This document shows, one piece after another, positions 9,555 through 18,410 of a stretch of 64,000 bases of DNA (positions are counted from its first letter, which is position 1; each line of letters starts with the position of its first letter). The position numbers and the translations under genes are program-made. A model generated the notes under the pieces. That model did not search any database and had not been told where the DNA came from. It was given only the letters and a program-made list of their open reading frames with translations. Source of the stretch: Victivallales bacterium (GTDB lineage: Bacteria > Verrucomicrobiota > Lentisphaeria > Victivallales > UBA1829); the NCBI GenBank assembly GCA_045639325.1, contig JAZUCU010000019.1, positions 1-64,000 of the forward strand, given 5' to 3'.

Positions 9555-10739
9555 TCAGGCAAGATAAGCCTTTACATAACGTTCAAGAATGGCATACTTT
9601 TCTCCGCGTGCACTTTCTTTGTACATGGAGCCGATCTGGAAACAGGCTGCACCGCCGGAGGCTGCACCCCATGCCGCAGATTCCATAATGGAAAATTCAC
9701 CGATCTTGCGTCCGGCTTCCATCTGCAAAAGCAGAGATGCAACAATGCCGCCGGCAAAGTTATCGCCACAACCCGTTGTATCGCCACGACGTTCCGGATG
9801 TTCCGCCATATCCTGATCGGCAAGTGCGGAAACGGGGAGAGTCAACACGCCATCCGTCTTGCTGAAAAATCTGCCATCGGACCAGGCGAGGAAGGATTTT
9901 GCACCACAGGTAATGAAGAAGGAAGAAATGCCGCAGGTGGTAAAGAACTTAACCGCTTCCTCAAAATCATTCTTTCCGGCAATACGCAGAGCTTCATCTT
10001 TATCCATGATGAGCAGATCCATATCCTGCCAGGAATCCCGGTCGCCAAGCTGCCACGGTTCCGTTGCCGATTTCTTTTCGCTGCGGAAGTCAAAGACAGT
10101 ACTGACAATGTTGATCTTGCCATCTTTTTTGCCGCGACGCAGAAGACTGCCAAGCTGATCGTGAATACACGGAACCAAAGCTGTCGCAGAGAACCAGAGA
10201 ACATCGCCCTTGAAGAAATCATCGCCGGGGAAATCTTTCACATCCGCCGCTGCAACACCGAGCAGATTCACAAAGGAACGTTCCCCTTTGCCATCATGCC
10301 AGCTGGGATCGGAAAATACAAAGGTGCAGGGTGTCGGACCGGGAATACGCTGATAATGTTCGGTCTTCACTTCGGTTGTTGCAAGACAATCGAAAATGAA
10401 CTGTCCGGTTTCGTCATCGCCGCACAAACCGAAAAAGTCGACCTCGGCATCGGAGTTGTAAAGAATCTGGGCTGCATTGATTGCACCGGCAATGGCAGGG
10501 CCGCCCACGTTTCTTGCACTGACGTCATAACCATTGGACATGGCTTTGATAATGGTTTCCCGGTCAAGGCCGGTAAAACTCTGCACATCTTCCATGAAAA
10601 CAAGTTTACCGATTGCCACGCCGCCATCGCCATTTTCTTTGGAAAGCAGCGGCTGAACTTCCGGGCTTTTGAAATCGGAATGAGTATAAAGATAATCGGT
10701 AAGAGAACACCCGCAAACGGACAAGATTTTCTGTGCCAT
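9555..10739 (-). CDS. PfkB-family carbohydrate kinase (394 aa, longer than typical)
   Basis: C-terminal PfkB signature DTTGCGDNFAGG. AAGGAG lies before the ATG. Confidence 0.75.
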   Translation of the reverse strand: MAQKILSVCGCSLTDYLYTHSDFKSPEVQPLLSKENGDGGVAIGKLVFMEDVQSFTGLDRETIIKAMSNGYDVSARNVGGPAIAGAINAAQILYNSDAEVDFFGLCGDDETGQFIFDCLATTEVKTEHYQRIPGPTPCTFVFSDPSWHDGKGERSFVNLLGVAAADVKDFPGDDFFKGDVLWFSATALVPCIHDQLGSLLRRGKKDGKINIVSTVFDFRSEKKSATEPWQLGDRDSWQDMDLLIMDKDEALRIAGKNDFEEAVKFFTTCGISSFFITCGAKSFLAWSDGRFFSKTDGVLTLPVSALADQDMAEHPERRGDTTGCGDNFAGGIVASLLLQMEAGRKIGEFSIMESAAWGAASGGAACFQIGSMYKESARGEKYAILERYVKAYLA

Positions 10740-10786
10740 ATTCTATGACTCCTTGGAATATAATAAAAAATATAAAACACACCCTT

Positions 10787-10814
10787 ATAATACTTCATTT
10801 TCCGCTAAAATCAA
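10787..10814 (-). promoter_or_regulatory. putative promoter of pfkB-azlCD operon
   Basis: Minus strand TTGATT-N16-TATTAT. Confidence 0.45.
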
Positions 10815-10864
10815 GGTAAAAAACTTTTTTTCTTGAAAAAAAACACAAATATCACGCTCTCCAT

Positions 10865-10893
10865 TTGAAAAAATAAATCCGGCATGATATATT
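10865..10893 (+). promoter_or_regulatory. putative promoter of rhodanese gene
   Basis: TTGAAA-N17-TATATT. This places the 27-nt conserved motif (10911-10937) in the 5' leader. Confidence 0.45.
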
Positions 10894-10910
10894 TCCGGAA
10901 ACATAAAGAG

Positions 10911-10937
10911 GTAAATTCAAAAGTCCGGCAAAAATTG
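10911..10937 (+). repeat. 27-nt motif GTAAATTCAAAAGTCCGGCAAAAATTG (copy 1, rhodanese leader)
   Basis: Matches the reverse complement of 57029-57055 at 25 of 27 positions, with an 18-nt exact core TTCAAAAGTCCGGCAAAA. Confidence 0.8.
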
Positions 10938-10964
10938 CCTCATAAGAAAAGGTTTCGATCCTGT

Positions 10965-11330
10965 ATGAAAAGATTTTCTGCTTTTGTGTTGTTTTCTTTC
11001 GCTTTATGTTTCAACCCGGCATGTAAAGGTCCATCTATGAATGATATAACTGCAAATACGGTTTTGCTCGATGTCAGAACCCCCGCTGAATTTGAAGAAC
11101 GCAATATCCCGGGCAGTATCCTCATCCCCCATGATAAGATTGCAGATGAAATCGCCTCAAAGATTCCCGATAAAAATACATCTCTCGTTGTTTTCTGCCG
11201 CTCCGGCAGACGTTCTGCAATTGCTGCAACCACATTAAAACAGAACGGTTATACAAATATAAAAGATTTGGGTTCTATCGAAAATGCAGCTGAAATCTTA
11301 AAGAAAAAAATCAGTAAAAAGAAACAATAA
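10965..11330 (+). CDS. rhodanese-domain sulfurtransferase, probable lipoprotein
   Basis: Active-site loop CRSGRRS. Lipobox-like N-terminus MKRFSAFVLFSFALCFNPAC. Start set at the ATG at 10965 rather than the upstream ORF start. Confidence 0.8.
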   Translation: MKRFSAFVLFSFALCFNPACKGPSMNDITANTVLLDVRTPAEFEERNIPGSILIPHDKIADEIASKIPDKNTSLVVFCRSGRRSAIAATTLKQNGYTNIKDLGSIENAAEILKKKISKKKQ

Positions 11331-11425
11331 TTTGATACAAATCATAGAACTTCATTGACATTCAATAAGTTACACATTTTTTAAAAAATAGTTACAAGTT
11401 TAGTAATAATAAACATAAAAAAAAC

Positions 11426-11453
11426 TTGATTTTTTTAATTTTTGCTGTAATGT
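11426..11453 (+). promoter_or_regulatory. possible promoter of REC-kinase gene
   Basis: TTGATT-N16-TAATGT. The -10 element is weaker. Confidence 0.3.
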
Positions 11454-11507
11454 ATAGAACATATAGGAAAAGTACGACACACTGGAATTCCGTAATGGAG
11501 GTTTTTT

Positions 11508-12845
11508 GTGCAAGTTTTTGAACCACTGACAAAAGGACGCATTCTTGTTGTAGATGATGACTTGATGATCCGGAAGATGCTGACCGATGTGCTGGTCGCC
11601 AATGGTTTCGATATTGATGCCGTCCCCGGCAGCAGTGAAGCATTGGAAAGGCTGATGGATTATAAATATCATCTGCTCCTGCTGGACGCCAAAATCCCCG
11701 GCATGTCCGGCGTAGAATTCTTGCGCTATTGCAAACAGCATCATCCGGATATGGAAATCATTATGATTACCGGCAAACCGGACCTGGAAGACGCCATTCT
11801 GTCCGTGAAAGATGGTGCTTTTGATTATATTGCGAAACCTTTTTCCACAGAAAAACTGATCCGTCAGATCAAATCCGCACTCGCAGTTCGCAACAAAAGA
11901 CTTGCCGATTTGACGGACCCGATTCTCTCAAAATCCGGCGTGCATTTTCTCGAAGCACAATCGCCCGACCCCAATTGCAAAGTCATCCGTCAGATCGGGT
12001 CCGGCGCCATGTCTACCGTTCTTCAGGTGGAACAGGATGGATGCACGTATGCGTTGAAGGTTCTCCGGAAAAGCATGTTCACCGGCAGTCAGTCGGAAGA
12101 AGCACGACTCACCCGTTTTCTGCGGGAAGCGGACATCCTGTCTAAAGTCAATCACCCCAACGTGGTACGTATTTACCGTGCCGGATTCTCCACCGACGGA
12201 AAAACGCCTTACATTCTTCTGGAATATGTGGATGGCAAGCCGTTGACGGAATACATTAAAAATGATACGCTGAATCTGGAAGAAAAACTTTTTATCCTGA
12301 AACAGACGGCTCAGGCTCTCGATGCTGTTCACAGTCAGAACATTATTCATCGTGACGTAAAGCCTGGCAATATTCTGATCACACAGGGCAATAAAGTCAA
12401 ACTTTCCGACTTCGGTATTGCAAAACTGGCGGGTTCTTCATTGACTCTGCCCCATGAAATGTTAGGTTCGCCCGCATACATGGCTCCCGAAGCGTTTGAA
12501 AATGATGCCAGATTGACGCCCGTCTCGGATATTTTCTCCTTCGGAATTCTCGCGTATGAACTCATTACCGGGGTCAAACCCTTCCATTGCGACAGCGTCC
12601 CCAGGATGATGAAAGCCATTCAGGAAAGCCGTCCGCCGAAACCGGAAAAATACGTGCACGGCTTACCTCATTCCGTGGAAGACTTCCTTGCAAAACTCTT
12701 GAAAAAGAATCCGGAAGAACGGTATCAGGATATGAAACAGGTGATCAACGGAATCAACGTTATTCTCGGCAATGGTCAAATCTCCGGTTCCGTATTCACC
12801 AATACACTGAAACAGATTTTCAACATTCAGAAAGACTGGGAATAA
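11508..12845 (+). CDS. response-regulator receiver domain fused to a Hanks-type Ser/Thr protein kinase
   Basis: REC motifs: ILVVDDD, LLLLDAKIPGMSG, IAKPF. Kinase motifs: GSGAMSTV, YALKVL, HRDVKPGNIL, DFGIAK, GSPAYMAPE. GTG start with GGAG 7 nt upstream. Confidence 0.85.
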   Translation: MQVFEPLTKGRILVVDDDLMIRKMLTDVLVANGFDIDAVPGSSEALERLMDYKYHLLLLDAKIPGMSGVEFLRYCKQHHPDMEIIMITGKPDLEDAILSVKDGAFDYIAKPFSTEKLIRQIKSALAVRNKRLADLTDPILSKSGVHFLEAQSPDPNCKVIRQIGSGAMSTVLQVEQDGCTYALKVLRKSMFTGSQSEEARLTRFLREADILSKVNHPNVVRIYRAGFSTDGKTPYILLEYVDGKPLTEYIKNDTLNLEEKLFILKQTAQALDAVHSQNIIHRDVKPGNILITQGNKVKLSDFGIAKLAGSSLTLPHEMLGSPAYMAPEAFENDARLTPVSDIFSFGILAYELITGVKPFHCDSVPRMMKAIQESRPPKPEKYVHGLPHSVEDFLAKLLKKNPEERYQDMKQVINGINVILGNGQISGSVFTNTLKQIFNIQKDWE

Positions 12846-12851
12846 GCCAAT

Positions 12852-13523
12852 TTATTCGGTCAGCCCGGTAACCTGTACATTATTCTTCTTTGCACATTCC
12901 AGCAGAAATTCCAAATCCCCGAGTGAGATATGGTGACTGTGTTTGCCCTCGGGAAGAATGCTGTGCGCATAAAATACAATCTGTTCTTTTGTCCGCCCGA
13001 TCCGTTCGATCATCTGCACGGCTTCCTGCAAATCAAAATGATTGGTCAAGGAAGTCCCGAGCACCAGACGCTTGCCGGTGTCATTGGCATCGAAAAACAA
13101 TTTATCATTCTCCGCCATCCCGGTACGTTCAAACTGACCGGTACGCAGCACATCAAAATGGCGCAACAGTAACGCATCCGTCTCCTCATTGCGCTGACTG
13201 TACGGGTAAGCAAAGGCGCGACATTCAAAACCATATTTGCAGCAGGCTTCCAGCTGGGGAATCAATTCCCGTTCCCAATACCCCTGCAAACCATGTCCGG
13301 ATACAAATTCCAACGCTTTGGCATGGGTAAGCCCGTGGAGTCCAACGGAATGACCGTGCTGTTTCAGAGTGGACATGACAATTGCCGCTTCCTCATCAAT
13401 CTCACCGCAAATAAAAAACGTTGCATGAGCCTGATACCGGTCAAACAACGGCAAGGCATCCAGCCAGGCTGCAAAATGACGGTCATCGAACGTAAGACAC
13501 AATCTGCCTTGAGTAAATTTCAT
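12852..13523 (-). CDS. polysaccharide deacetylase (NodB/CE4-like)
   Basis: LTFDDR motif, HATFFICG, and HGLTH histidine motif. Confidence 0.75.
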   Translation of the reverse strand: MKFTQGRLCLTFDDRHFAAWLDALPLFDRYQAHATFFICGEIDEEAAIVMSTLKQHGHSVGLHGLTHAKALEFVSGHGLQGYWERELIPQLEACCKYGFECRAFAYPYSQRNEETDALLLRHFDVLRTGQFERTGMAENDKLFFDANDTGKRLVLGTSLTNHFDLQEAVQMIERIGRTKEQIVFYAHSILPEGKHSHHISLGDLEFLLECAKKNNVQVTGLTE

Positions 13524-13565
13524 GATTCCACACTTTCCTGTTGATTTTGCTTGAGAATGTATCGA

Positions 13566-13593
13566 ACTATATCACACTTCAGAAAAAAATCAA
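13566..13593 (-). promoter_or_regulatory. putative promoter of polysaccharide deacetylase gene
   Basis: Minus strand TTGATT-N16-TATAGT. Confidence 0.45.
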
Positions 13594-13610
13594 ATCCGTT
13601 TTCATACGAC

Positions 13611-13639
13611 TTGAAAAAATAGACTTTATCATGTAAATT
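13611..13639 (+). promoter_or_regulatory. putative promoter of proA
   Basis: TTGAAA-N17-TAAATT, divergent from the deacetylase promoter. Confidence 0.4.
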
Positions 13640-13674
13640 ACAGCCATAAAATTCAAGTAGAGGAGTATTCTGTT

Positions 13675-14916
13675 ATGACAAATGTTATTGAAATTGCACA
13701 ACGCGCAAAATCCGCATCTCAAATCCTGCGCACCGTTTCCGGAAAAGCCAGAGAAAAAGCTCTCAATGCCATGGCTGATAAACTCCTGACTTATCACGAT
13801 GAAGTCATCGCCGCAAATAATGCCGACCTCGAAGCCGCTCCCGATCTGACTCCCGCATTCCGCAAACGTCTCCAGGTCACACCGAAAATTTTTGATTATA
13901 TGCTCAACCGTCTGCGGGAAGCCGCCGCCCTCCCCGATCCCGTCGGAAAAATTCTGGAAGGTCATACCATGCCTTCCGGTCTTCAGGTGCGGAAAACAGC
14001 AGTCCCCATCGGCGTTATCGCCATGATCTATGAAGCACGCCCCAATGTCACCACCGATGCCGCCGCCGTTGCCATCAAGAGCGGAAACGCTGTAATTCTG
14101 AAAGGCGGTTCCGAATCCCTGCGAACCAACCGGGTATTGGCAAAAGCCATGCGGGAAGCTGCAGTGGAAGCCGGACTCCCCGAAGATACCGTACAGCTCA
14201 TCGAAAGCACCGATCATGCTGTCGTCAGCGAACTGTTGAAGCAGGAAGAATATATCGACTTGATCATTCCCCGCGGCGGCAAGAGTCTGATCAAAGCCAT
14301 TTCCGAAGGCACACGCATCCCTGTCCTGAAACATTACGACGGCATTTGTCATCAATACGTGGCGATGGATGCCGACCCCGACATGACGGTACAGCTCATC
14401 GTCAATTCAAAATGTCAGCGTGTGGAAGTCTGCAATGCGTTGGAAACCTTGCTTGTGGATGAAGCCTGTGCCGCAACGATTCTCCCATTGATTGCCGCTG
14501 CATTGAAAGCGGAAGGTGTGGAATTGCGCGGATGTGCCAAGACTTGCGCCATCCTCCCCGATTGCATTGCCGCAACCGATGAAGATTGGGACACCGAATA
14601 TTTGAGTGCCACCTTATCCATCCGCATTGTCAACGGTGTGGAAGAAGCCATGAAACACATTGCGCAGCACGGATCCGGTCATACCGATGGAATCATCACC
14701 AACTCCATGTCTCTGGCGGATCAATTTATTGCCGGCGTGGATTCCGCATCCGTTCTTGTGAATGCGTCGACCCGTCTTTCCGGCGGTGGAGATTATGGTA
14801 TGGGTGCGGTTGTTGGTATCAGTACAGACCGGCTTCATGCACGTGGTCCGGTGGGGCCTTCTGAATTATGTACCTACAAATGGGTTGCGATCGGTAACGG
14901 TCAATTGCGGAAATAA
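13675..14916 (+). CDS. proA: gamma-glutamyl phosphate reductase
   Basis: Full-length aldehyde-dehydrogenase-type ProA pattern (AKSASQIL, ANNADLEAA, VIAMIYEARPNVT, NASTRLSGG). GAGGAG lies before the ATG. Confidence 0.93.
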   Translation: MTNVIEIAQRAKSASQILRTVSGKAREKALNAMADKLLTYHDEVIAANNADLEAAPDLTPAFRKRLQVTPKIFDYMLNRLREAAALPDPVGKILEGHTMPSGLQVRKTAVPIGVIAMIYEARPNVTTDAAAVAIKSGNAVILKGGSESLRTNRVLAKAMREAAVEAGLPEDTVQLIESTDHAVVSELLKQEEYIDLIIPRGGKSLIKAISEGTRIPVLKHYDGICHQYVAMDADPDMTVQLIVNSKCQRVEVCNALETLLVDEACAATILPLIAAALKAEGVELRGCAKTCAILPDCIAATDEDWDTEYLSATLSIRIVNGVEEAMKHIAQHGSGHTDGIITNSMSLADQFIAGVDSASVLVNASTRLSGGGDYGMGAVVGISTDRLHARGPVGPSELCTYKWVAIGNGQLRK

Positions 14917-14917
14917 T

Positions 14918-14954
14918 TACGGAGAGGTACGGAGGATTACGGAGTTTTACGGTG
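14918..14954. repeat. four tandem TACGG[A/T]G motifs at exact 10-bp spacing
   Basis: TACGGAG at 14918, 14928 and 14938, and TACGGTG at 14948, in the proA/glgB convergent gap. Confidence 0.8.
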
Positions 14955-14983
14955 GGGACAAATTTCCGCCGTTATCTTTCTTG
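14949..14983 (+). terminator. possible intrinsic terminator after proA
   Basis: 7-bp stem ACGGTGG/CCGCCGT (one G-U pair), 10-nt loop, then the T-rich tail TATCTTTCTTGTT. Confidence 0.4.
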
Positions 14984-17215
14984 TTATTCCTCGTCTTTCG
15001 CAAGAATCACCGCCCCAAGCCACGGCAGACGAATCCCCAAGTGATACGGTTGACGGTGGTATGTCCCCTCTACCGCAACCAGTTCGCCGCCATTCAATAA
15101 ACCCGTCCCGCCGTATTCATGACGGTCAGTGGAAAAGACTTCCTTCCATTTGCCGGGCAGCGGAACGCCAATCTCATAATGATCACGGACGACCGGCGTC
15201 AGGTTCAACACAACCACAACCGGATGTTTCCGCTCTTTATCCCAACGGATATATGATAAGACCGATTGGGAATAATCACCCGGCTCAATCCATTGGAAGC
15301 CCTTCTGTGTGAAGTCATCCTGCCAGAGCGCAGGAGTATTTTTATAGTAAAGATTCAAGTCCGACACCATACGCTTGAAGGCATCGTGCATGGGATAACG
15401 CAGCAGAAGCCAATCGAGAGGCTGCGCATAATTCCATTCAATCATTTGGGCAAATTCGGAGCCCATAAACAGCAATTTTTTGCCCGGATGAGTCAGCATG
15501 TAAGTGAACATCGCACGCATATTGGCAAACTGCTGCTGATAATCGCCCGGCATACGTCCGATGAGTGACCGCTTGCCGTGTACCACTTCGTCATGACTGA
15601 ACGGCAGCACGTAATTTTCAGAAAATGCGTACATTAACGAGAATGTCATCTTATTATGATGATAGGAGCGGAACACCGGATCTAATTCAAAATAATCCAA
15701 AGTATCATGCATCCACCCCATGTTCCACTTGAACGTAAAGCCCAGACCACCCTGCCAGACCGGACGGGATACGCCCGGCCAGGATGTGGATTCTTCCGCA
15801 ACCATCATGATGCCGGGAAATTTCTGATGCACTTTCATGTTCAGCTGTTTCAGAAACTCTGCCGCTTCCAGATTACCATCGCCTCCGTATTTGTTCGGGA
15901 GCCATTCCCCGTCTTTACGGGCATAATTCAAATAAAGCATGGATGCCACCGCATCCACACGCAAGCCATCCGCATGATAACGTTCCAGCCAATTCATGGC
16001 GCTGCCGATGAGAAATGAACGGACTTCGTTCCTGCCGAAATTGAAAATGTATGTGCCCCATTCCTTGTGTTCGCCAAGGCGCGGGTCTTCATGTTCATAA
16101 AGACAGGTGCCATCGAATCTGCCGAGAGAAAAAGCATCTTTCGGGAAATGCGCAGGAACCCAGTCAAGAATCACGCCGATGTCATTTTCATGCATGTAAT
16201 TGATGAAAAATGCAAAATCTTCCGGCGTCCCGAACCGGGCACTGGGCGCATAAAATCCGGTTACCTGATAGCCCCAGGACATATCAAGTGGATGCTCGCT
16301 CACCGGCAGCAATTCCACATGGGTGTAATGCATTTCCTTGAGATAAGCGGCCAATGCAACGGCAATTTCCCGATAATTCGGAAAGTCTTTCCCATCCATC
16401 GCGGCGGCAAGAGAGGGATGTCCCCAGGAGCCCAGGTGGACTTCATAAATATTGACCGGTTCTTCCAGAATATTCTTCTGCGCACGCTTCGCCATCCAGC
16501 GGTCATCAGACCATTGGAACGGTGCCGATTTGGGAACAACGCCGGAATTTTCGGGGCGCATCTGCGTTTGTCCGACATAAGGATCCAACTTACAGACAAG
16601 TTCACCGGCGGCAGTGCGGATCTCATATTTGTAAATATCACCGGCTTTCAAACAAGGAATAAACAGATCCCAGATACCGGATTGACCAAGCAGACGCATC
16701 GGGTGACGCCGTCCGTCCCAGCAATTGAAGTCGCCAACAACGGATACTCTTGTCGCATTGGGAGCCCAAACAGCAAACGTTACACCATGCACGCCGCCCA
16801 TATCACACTCATGTGCGCCCATAAATTCCCAGACACGTTCATGTTCGCCGCGGCTGAACAGATACAAATCCATTTCGCCGGGATGAGGCATGAACTGATA
16901 TGGGTCTTCCGCGGTAAAAACCGTATCGCCATATTGTTTTTCCAGCTGATAGGCAAAATGCTGCTTCCGATCAGGGAACGCAACAGCAAACAAGCCGTCG
17001 GGATGCAGCTTCGTCATTGGATGACGTTCGCCATCCGCAAGAAGTGTGATGCAGTCTGCTCCGGGATCGAATGCGCGGACAACAACAGAACCGTTCTCAA
17101 GATTGTGCATTCCGAGAATGGCATGAGGATCCCGAATCGTTCCATTGAGCAATTGTTTAAAAAGAGAAACGGGGGGAAGAAGCGGATTTTTCATCGACAC
17201 TGTTTTATCAGGCAT
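14984..17215 (-). CDS. glgB: 1,4-alpha-glucan branching enzyme
   Basis: GH13 motifs: DWVPAHF, GLRVDAVASM, MVAEEST, FSHDEV. Start set at the ATG at 17215 (GGAG 8 nt upstream) rather than the TTG at 17251. Confidence 0.93.
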   Translation of the reverse strand: MPDKTVSMKNPLLPPVSLFKQLLNGTIRDPHAILGMHNLENGSVVVRAFDPGADCITLLADGERHPMTKLHPDGLFAVAFPDRKQHFAYQLEKQYGDTVFTAEDPYQFMPHPGEMDLYLFSRGEHERVWEFMGAHECDMGGVHGVTFAVWAPNATRVSVVGDFNCWDGRRHPMRLLGQSGIWDLFIPCLKAGDIYKYEIRTAAGELVCKLDPYVGQTQMRPENSGVVPKSAPFQWSDDRWMAKRAQKNILEEPVNIYEVHLGSWGHPSLAAAMDGKDFPNYREIAVALAAYLKEMHYTHVELLPVSEHPLDMSWGYQVTGFYAPSARFGTPEDFAFFINYMHENDIGVILDWVPAHFPKDAFSLGRFDGTCLYEHEDPRLGEHKEWGTYIFNFGRNEVRSFLIGSAMNWLERYHADGLRVDAVASMLYLNYARKDGEWLPNKYGGDGNLEAAEFLKQLNMKVHQKFPGIMMVAEESTSWPGVSRPVWQGGLGFTFKWNMGWMHDTLDYFELDPVFRSYHHNKMTFSLMYAFSENYVLPFSHDEVVHGKRSLIGRMPGDYQQQFANMRAMFTYMLTHPGKKLLFMGSEFAQMIEWNYAQPLDWLLLRYPMHDAFKRMVSDLNLYYKNTPALWQDDFTQKGFQWIEPGDYSQSVLSYIRWDKERKHPVVVVLNLTPVVRDHYEIGVPLPGKWKEVFSTDRHEYGGTGLLNGGELVAVEGTYHRQPYHLGIRLPWLGAVILAKDEE

Positions 17216-17272
17216 AAAAACACTCCGTTTCTCCCACCCCGGGAAAAGCAAATTTCTTACAGAAAAATTAAA

Positions 17273-18289
17273 TTATTTTCCTTTGATAAGAACTTCTGCA
17301 ATCTGTACGGCGTTGAGCGCAGCACCTTTCAGGAGCTGGTCACCGCTGACAAAGATATCCAAACCGCGTTTGTCTGTGCGGGACACATCCTGACGGATAC
17401 GGCCTGCGAGGACATCGTATTTGTTTGTTGCATCGAGAGGCATCGGGTAAACTTTGTTTGCGGGATCGTCGCAAACTTCCACACCGGGAGCTGCGCTGAG
17501 GATTGCTCTGGCTTCTTCGGGTGTGATTTCGTTTTCGAATTCCAGGTTCAAGGATTCAGAGTGGGCGCGGAGAACAGGAACGCGGACGCATGTGCAGGAA
17601 ATTGCGGCTTCCGGCAGGTGCATGATCTTGCGTGTTTCTTTGACCATCTTCATTTCTTCTTTGGTGTAACCGTTGTCCTGGAAGACGTCGATGTGCGGGA
17701 AGAGGTTGAAAGCAAGACGCTGTGCCATGTATTCAACTTTGACTTCTTCGCCAGCGAGAGCAGCTTTGGTCTGTTCGATCAGTTCAGCCATAGCTTTTGC
17801 TCCGCCGCCGGATGCAGCCTGATAGGTGCTGGCAACCATGCGTTTCAGACCTTTGGCTTTGTGGAGCGGCCACACAACTACGCACATGATGGCAGTTGTG
17901 CAGTTCGGGTTGGCAATGATACCTTTGTGTTTGAAGACGTCTTCAGCGTTGACTTCGGGAACAACCAGCGGCACATTATCATCCATACGGAAGCAGCTGG
18001 AGTTATCGATCATCACGCAGCCTGCATCAACACATGCGGGAGCGTATTCTTTGGAAATAGAACCGCCTGCGCTGAAAAGAGCAATATCAACACCCTTGAA
18101 AGAGTCTTTTGTCAATTCTTCAACTGTAATTTCTTCGCCGCGGAATTTGAACTTTTTACCAACAGAACGGGCGGATGCCAGAAGTTTAATGTCGGAAACA
18201 GGGAAATTACGTTTTTCCAATGTTTCCATCATTTCGATGCCGACTGCACCGGTTGCGCCTACAACTGCGACTTTTTTTCCATTACTCAT
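17273..18289 (-). CDS. asd: aspartate-semialdehyde dehydrogenase
   Basis: VAVVGATGAVG NAD(P) motif and NPNCTT active-site Cys motif. Start at the ATG at 18289 (MSNGKKVAVVG). Confidence 0.93.
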   Translation of the reverse strand: MSNGKKVAVVGATGAVGIEMMETLEKRNFPVSDIKLLASARSVGKKFKFRGEEITVEELTKDSFKGVDIALFSAGGSISKEYAPACVDAGCVMIDNSSCFRMDDNVPLVVPEVNAEDVFKHKGIIANPNCTTAIMCVVVWPLHKAKGLKRMVASTYQAASGGGAKAMAELIEQTKAALAGEEVKVEYMAQRLAFNLFPHIDVFQDNGYTKEEMKMVKETRKIMHLPEAAISCTCVRVPVLRAHSESLNLEFENEITPEEARAILSAAPGVEVCDDPANKVYPMPLDATNKYDVLAGRIRQDVSRTDKRGLDIFVSGDQLLKGAALNAVQIAEVLIKGK

Positions 18290-18335
18290 GTTACAACTCC
18301 ATTGTAATTTGTTTTTTTGTTGCATAATTACAGAT

Positions 18336-18364
18336 AATATACATCCCGTTTTATGCTTTTTCAA
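18336..18364 (-). promoter_or_regulatory. putative promoter of asd-glgB
   Basis: Minus strand TTGAAA-N17-TATATT in the 121-nt gap after the GH20-like gene. Confidence 0.5.
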
Positions 18365-18410
18365 ACAGATTTTTCCCTGCCGTAAAAAAAATTTTAAAAG
18401 ATTTTCTCCT

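Noticed and set aside
16067-18307. 746-aa plus-strand ORF spanning the antisense of glgB and asd
   Set aside because: It crosses a gene boundary only because glgB and asd happen to share a frame. The minus-strand products carry unmistakable GH13 and Asd motifs, and the antisense product has shadow-type composition.
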